Positions 60,548 through 64,000 of a stretch of DNA of 64,000 bases are shown here, one piece after another (position 1 is the first letter of the stretch; the number at the start of each line of letters is the position of its first letter). Below the pieces are notes generated by a model that made no database searches, was not told the DNA's origin, and saw only the letters and a program-made list of their open reading frames with translations. The DNA lies in IMG/VR virus record IMGVR_UViG_3300027969_000039, positions 1 through 64,000 of that record, one strand, 5' to 3'. The translations under genes were made by a program, and so were the position numbers.

Positions 60548-60757
60548 TTACTTAGTAGCGGCTTTTGCAGGCTCAGTTTTAGTTGTAGCTTTTTTGTCTT
60601 TGACAGTTTTAGAACTTTTGGTAGAGTCCTGTTTGGAACCCTCCTTTTTCTTAGCCAACTTCATTTCTTCCTTAGCTGGAGCAGCAGGTTTGGCAGGCTC
60701 AGTAGCAAAAGCAATAGTTGTAGCCAAAGTAGCGATAAGAATAGCGAGAATTTTCAT
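60548..60757 (-). CDS. small secreted K/A/P-rich protein
   Basis: signal peptide MKILAILIATLATTIAFA, low-complexity mature part. Confidence 0.7.
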   Translation of the reverse strand: MKILAILIATLATTIAFATEPAKPAAPAKEEMKLAKKKEGSKQDSTKSSKTVKDKKATTKTEPAKAATK

Positions 60758-61022
60758 TTAAGTTTCCTTTAAAGTTAATGATATTTATGTTTGATATATT
60801 CATCCTTCAATCTACATGGTCCAATACGCTTTTCATCACAATTGGATTTTCTCCAATCATAACCAGTGGGCAAATATTGTTCCTGATACGATTCAGTTTT
60901 ATCCGTTTTCGTAACATCGTAGCATTCAGTTTGATTTTTATCTTGCATACATATATAACGACCCTCAGGATAAAACCGTTGACAAGATACAAAACTCTTT
61001 TCCCATTTACGCTAAATAGTTG

Positions 61023-61511
61023 ATGCAATACATATCTTACCAAGGAATTTATGACGGAACCAACTTTGAGGATGCTGCTACGCCCAAACAAATAACCAAA
61101 TCCATGAATGCTGGGTTTAGCACTATGGTAAATGTTTGGCGAATTAGCGGAAAACTCTATTTAGGTGTTACCCAACCCATAACCGAAGTGACCGAAAAGT
61201 ATCTACAAGGTCCTAGGTTTTGGTTGAATGCTATGAATACTGATATGCAATCATGGATAGTAACTCAACCAATTAAGTCATATCCAAATTACTTTTGGTT
61301 TCCTACTGATACAGAAAGTACCCCAGTGACCGCAAGTAATGGAAAAATTATTACTCCTGGAACAGTTGCTATAAACAACACCAGTGTTATATTTCTGCCT
61401 GAGATACAGGATAGAGGAATGTTTAGTACAGTACACCTAAAATGTTTCGGTGTATGTAGTAACTACTTGTCTTTTATTAAACGAATGCGTAACGAAGGTG
61501 AGTGGTATTAA
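61023..61511 (+). CDS. GDPD/PLC-like TIM-barrel homologue with degenerate catalytic residues
   Basis: ISYQG..., MVNVW, LYLGVT align to SHRG, EIDVW, LYLGHD; start refined to ATG 61023. Confidence 0.5.
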   Translation: MQYISYQGIYDGTNFEDAATPKQITKSMNAGFSTMVNVWRISGKLYLGVTQPITEVTEKYLQGPRFWLNAMNTDMQSWIVTQPIKSYPNYFWFPTDTESTPVTASNGKIITPGTVAINNTSVIFLPEIQDRGMFSTVHLKCFGVCSNYLSFIKRMRNEGEWY

Positions 61512-61678
61512 CCACCGCGCCCTGCTCTACGCACAACACTAGCCCCACCAAATCCTTTACTATTAGCTTTAGGACCTTTACTTTTAGGAGCCTTACCTAA
61601 TCCAGAATTTGCCATTGCGTTTTTCTTTTTAGCTTCTAATGCCATTGCTATTGGATTCTTTTTCTTTTCTTCGGTCAT
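61508..61678 (-). CDS. 56-aa basic protein
   Basis: MTEEKKKNPIAMALEAKKK...VRRAGRGG; coupled to upstream gene. Confidence 0.6.
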   Translation of the reverse strand: MTEEKKKNPIAMALEAKKKNAMANSGLGKAPKSKGPKANSKGFGGASVVRRAGRGG

Positions 61679-62064
61679 TGTCTTATCCTCACTGATTCTA
61701 AATAACTTTCTATATCACCATATAGTGCTAGCATCATTGCTATCTTACTATCATAAAGTCTGATGAAAGGTTCTTTTGACTCTGCATCCTTATTTACACT
61801 AAAATAATATGGACATTTAATTTTCTTATTACATTCAGTTAAAAATTTATACCAATTAGTTTTCTTAACTTTAACAGGAAGATCAAAGAATTCTATTTGC
61901 GCCTGTCTAAAATTTATATCACCTTGTGGTGTCAGACGCAGGCTATCACCTGATTTGGTGAACCACCAATCACTTATGATTGTTTCAAATGGAATATTAT
62001 TGCTAGGCAGTTGATCCATAACTGCCTTAGTGATAGTGTATTTTAGTTTTTTTCTGTCACTCAT
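61675..62064 (-). CDS. hypothetical protein
   Basis: GDSLRLTPQG...CPYYF motif. Confidence 0.6.
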   Translation of the reverse strand: MSDRKKLKYTITKAVMDQLPSNNIPFETIISDWWFTKSGDSLRLTPQGDINFRQAQIEFFDLPVKVKKTNWYKFLTECNKKIKCPYYFSVNKDAESKEPFIRLYDSKIAMMLALYGDIESYLESVRIRQ

Positions 62065-62350
62065 CCGGGTACACAGTAGTACCGTTGTTCATAAAAACGA
62101 CAGTAAACTTATCTGTCTTGAATTGATTGTTTAGTTTACGACAGAGGTTTCGTGCATGACCAGGATTACTGAAACTTGTTTTCTTATACTTAGGTGTAGC
62201 CTCATTGTCTAAGTAATGCTGAGATTTTAAGTTGATAGGTTGTCTATCATAGAATACAGCCCATATGCCACTTGCTTCTACAATTTGGTCGCACTTATAG
62301 GTAGTTTTATCTACTAGTTCTAATAATACTTTTGGTTGTGTTCTACTCAT
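62057..62350 (-). CDS. conserved phage hypothetical protein
   Basis: PKYKKTSFSNPGHARNLCRKLN. Confidence 0.65.
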   Translation of the reverse strand: MSRTQPKVLLELVDKTTYKCDQIVEASGIWAVFYDRQPINLKSQHYLDNEATPKYKKTSFSNPGHARNLCRKLNNQFKTDKFTVVFMNNGTTVYPDE

Positions 62351-62550
62351 TAAAATTTACCTCCGATGACTTCTATTTCAATCACTTCGGAAGTGTTCTT
62401 CTTTCCTTCAGTAACTTCATAGTGATCTATCAATAATTTAGCCAATTCATCACGCAAACTTCTAGCATCTGATAATGGAATTACCACATCTTTACCTTGT
62501 CTACCTTCGATAACAGCTACTCTATCAATAAATCTTTTTATATGAAACAT
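62350..62550 (-). CDS. hypothetical protein
   Basis: 66 aa; late box 4 nt before ATG. Confidence 0.6.
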   Translation of the reverse strand: MFHIKRFIDRVAVIEGRQGKDVVIPLSDARSLRDELAKLLIDHYEVTEGKKNTSEVIEIEVIGGKF

Positions 62551-63008
62551 CAGATATTTATCAACTTTTTAGCTTCGTCCTCAGTTTTGTACGGACCCTC
62601 ATACTCATAACGCTGTATAAAGATGTATTTAGGGCAAAAAACTACTGTAGGTTCTTCACTTTGATACATAACATACCATCCTGCCGCATGATAACACTTG
62701 CTTTTAGTTGTTTTAGTGAATAAATGTATTTTGCGCTTGATGTCCAACATAGAATTGTAGACCTTCTTTGTTGTTGGATATTCATTAAAAGGTATTTCTT
62801 TTTTAATCTTTTCTGCTTTTGTTTGTTGAAACTCTATGCTAGTTTGTTTTTTAATAGCACTAGTGTTTTTAAAATGAGTTTTACTGCCGTTGAGTTTTAC
62901 TTCAAAGCCTGAACCATCAGCAATAACATTTCCTACCTTTGATGTACCATCAGTAACAATCCAGAATTGATTCTTAACTACGGGTTTTGCGATTAGTGGT
63001 TTTGACAT
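62550..63008 (-). CDS. hypothetical protein
   Basis: KSKCYHAAGWY...FCPKYIFIQRY.Y.GPYKT. Confidence 0.6.
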   Translation of the reverse strand: MSKPLIAKPVVKNQFWIVTDGTSKVGNVIADGSGFEVKLNGSKTHFKNTSAIKKQTSIEFQQTKAEKIKKEIPFNEYPTTKKVYNSMLDIKRKIHLFTKTTKSKCYHAAGWYVMYQSEEPTVVFCPKYIFIQRYEYEGPYKTEDEAKKLINI

Positions 63009-63264
63009 TTTCTTCCATTTCTATTAATTTTGTAATCTTTTTAAAACTACTTTGTTTATCTACTATAACATTATAAGTAGAATTCTCATAACGAATTGGT
63101 AAATCTAAATGAATACTGTACTGTGGTCCAATTGTTTCATTGATTACAGTATCATTTCCAACTGTACCGACAAATGGAATATTATTCCAGTATCCAAATA
63201 TCCGTTGACCAAATTCATATTTAGCCACATGGCGATTCTTCTCAAAATATTCTGCTTGATTCAT
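62974..63264 (-). CDS. hypothetical protein
   Basis: start refined to ATGA overlap. Confidence 0.55.
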   Translation of the reverse strand: MNQAEYFEKNRHVAKYEFGQRIFGYWNNIPFVGTVGNDTVINETIGPQYSIHLDLPIRYENSTYNVIVDKQSSFKKITKLIEMEENVKTTNRKTRS

Positions 63265-63539
63265 TTGTAACTTTCCCAAGTGTTTTGATCATAATTCCAA
63301 TGCCGGGTGTCGTAGAAGTCTAATTCAACTTCGTACCCAAACAATCCGAGCATTAATCTAGCACCTGCGTGGTCACTTTGGAATGTTAATTGAAACTCTA
63401 TATTGATGATATGTCCAGTACGATATCCGTTAAACTCCCATGCTTTGTTCTTTGTGATAGATCCATATTTACTCCACAGGATATTCCAAACTTTATTGGT
63501 TCTACGTGGGTTGACTATGTTAAAGTTTAGCTGTATCAT
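63261..63539 (-). CDS. hypothetical protein
   Basis: start refined to MIQLNF. Confidence 0.55.
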   Translation of the reverse strand: MIQLNFNIVNPRRTNKVWNILWSKYGSITKNKAWEFNGYRTGHIINIEFQLTFQSDHAGARLMLGLFGYEVELDFYDTRHWNYDQNTWESYK

Positions 63540-63759
63540 TTTTTCCTTTAGGGTTTTGTATCTTAGCATTGATACAAGTACCTTCTAATACTTCAACTTT
63601 ACCTTGATTAGATTTTTCCGCTATCTCAGTCAAATGAATTTTTTGTTTATCGACTGAATCTCTGCATCGTTCTTCAATTGTATAATAGGACTGTGCTTGC
63701 ATGAAATTACAATTGCCATTAAAGCACATAAACAATACAGGTATAAAAATCTCAATCAT
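63520..63759 (-). CDS. hypothetical protein with Cys pairs
   Basis: MCFNGNC...RC...GTC. Confidence 0.55.
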   Translation of the reverse strand: MIEIFIPVLFMCFNGNCNFMQAQSYYTIEERCRDSVDKQKIHLTEIAEKSNQGKVEVLEGTCINAKIQNPKGKNDTAKL

Positions 63760-63974
63760 TCTTCGACTCCGTATTCTTTTTTAAGGGCTTCTAATGCTTT
63801 GCGAACCTGTTCGGCTACGGGACGATACTTCACAGGGTCTATAGGGTGATATGTATATTCAAACCCTGACCAAGTTTTGTCACCATCCAACAACTTATCA
63901 ACCACCGCTAGCATTTGAAATCTAGGATCACACCACATCTTGATTAGACTGTCGGGCGCTATGGGCGTGTTCAT
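63756..63974 (-). CDS. hypothetical protein
   Basis: 72-aa ORF with ATGA couplings. Confidence 0.55.
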   Translation of the reverse strand: MNTPIAPDSLIKMWCDPRFQMLAVVDKLLDGDKTWSGFEYTYHPIDPVKYRPVAEQVRKALEALKKEYGVEE

Positions 63975-64000
63975 TTTTCAACTCCAAAATGTTCTCTAAT

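Overview
A 64-kb segment of an AT-rich, T4-related large (probably jumbo) myophage. Almost all genes are on the minus strand, the standard genetic code is used, and I saw no tRNA, rRNA, CRISPR array, intron or intein. Core genes: dNMP kinase, neck/tail-completion gp13/gp14/gp15, gp41 helicase, gp61 primase, gp62-like clamp-loader subunit, UvsW/UvsY/UvsX, gp32, terminase large subunit, thyA, spanins and three tail-fibre-type genes. Host-type genes: iscA, mazG, Nudix, NDP-sugar epimerase, SAM methyltransferase, a MoxR AAA+/vWA pair and a lipoprotein polysaccharide lyase. iscA and a DUF3563-like gene hint at a proteobacterial (possibly betaproteobacterial) host. The most unusual non-standard signals are: (1) an array of small early genes between uvsW and uvsY, built from near-identical 29-bp sigma70 promoter repeats, in which all 8 -35 boxes carry the TGA stop of the upstream gene inside TTGACA, suggesting a modular gene-cassette system; (2) a tandem array of 10 divergent, translationally coupled paralogues ending in F-x-L-R-W; (3) a 203-aa minimal DnaE next to a stand-alone DEDD exonuclease; (4) late promoters placed 4-5 nt before ATG with no Shine-Dalgarno sequence (predicted leaderless mRNAs); and (5) structured 5' leaders, including a possible kissing loop before gene 32. 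All family assignments come from motif recognition by eye, not database searches.
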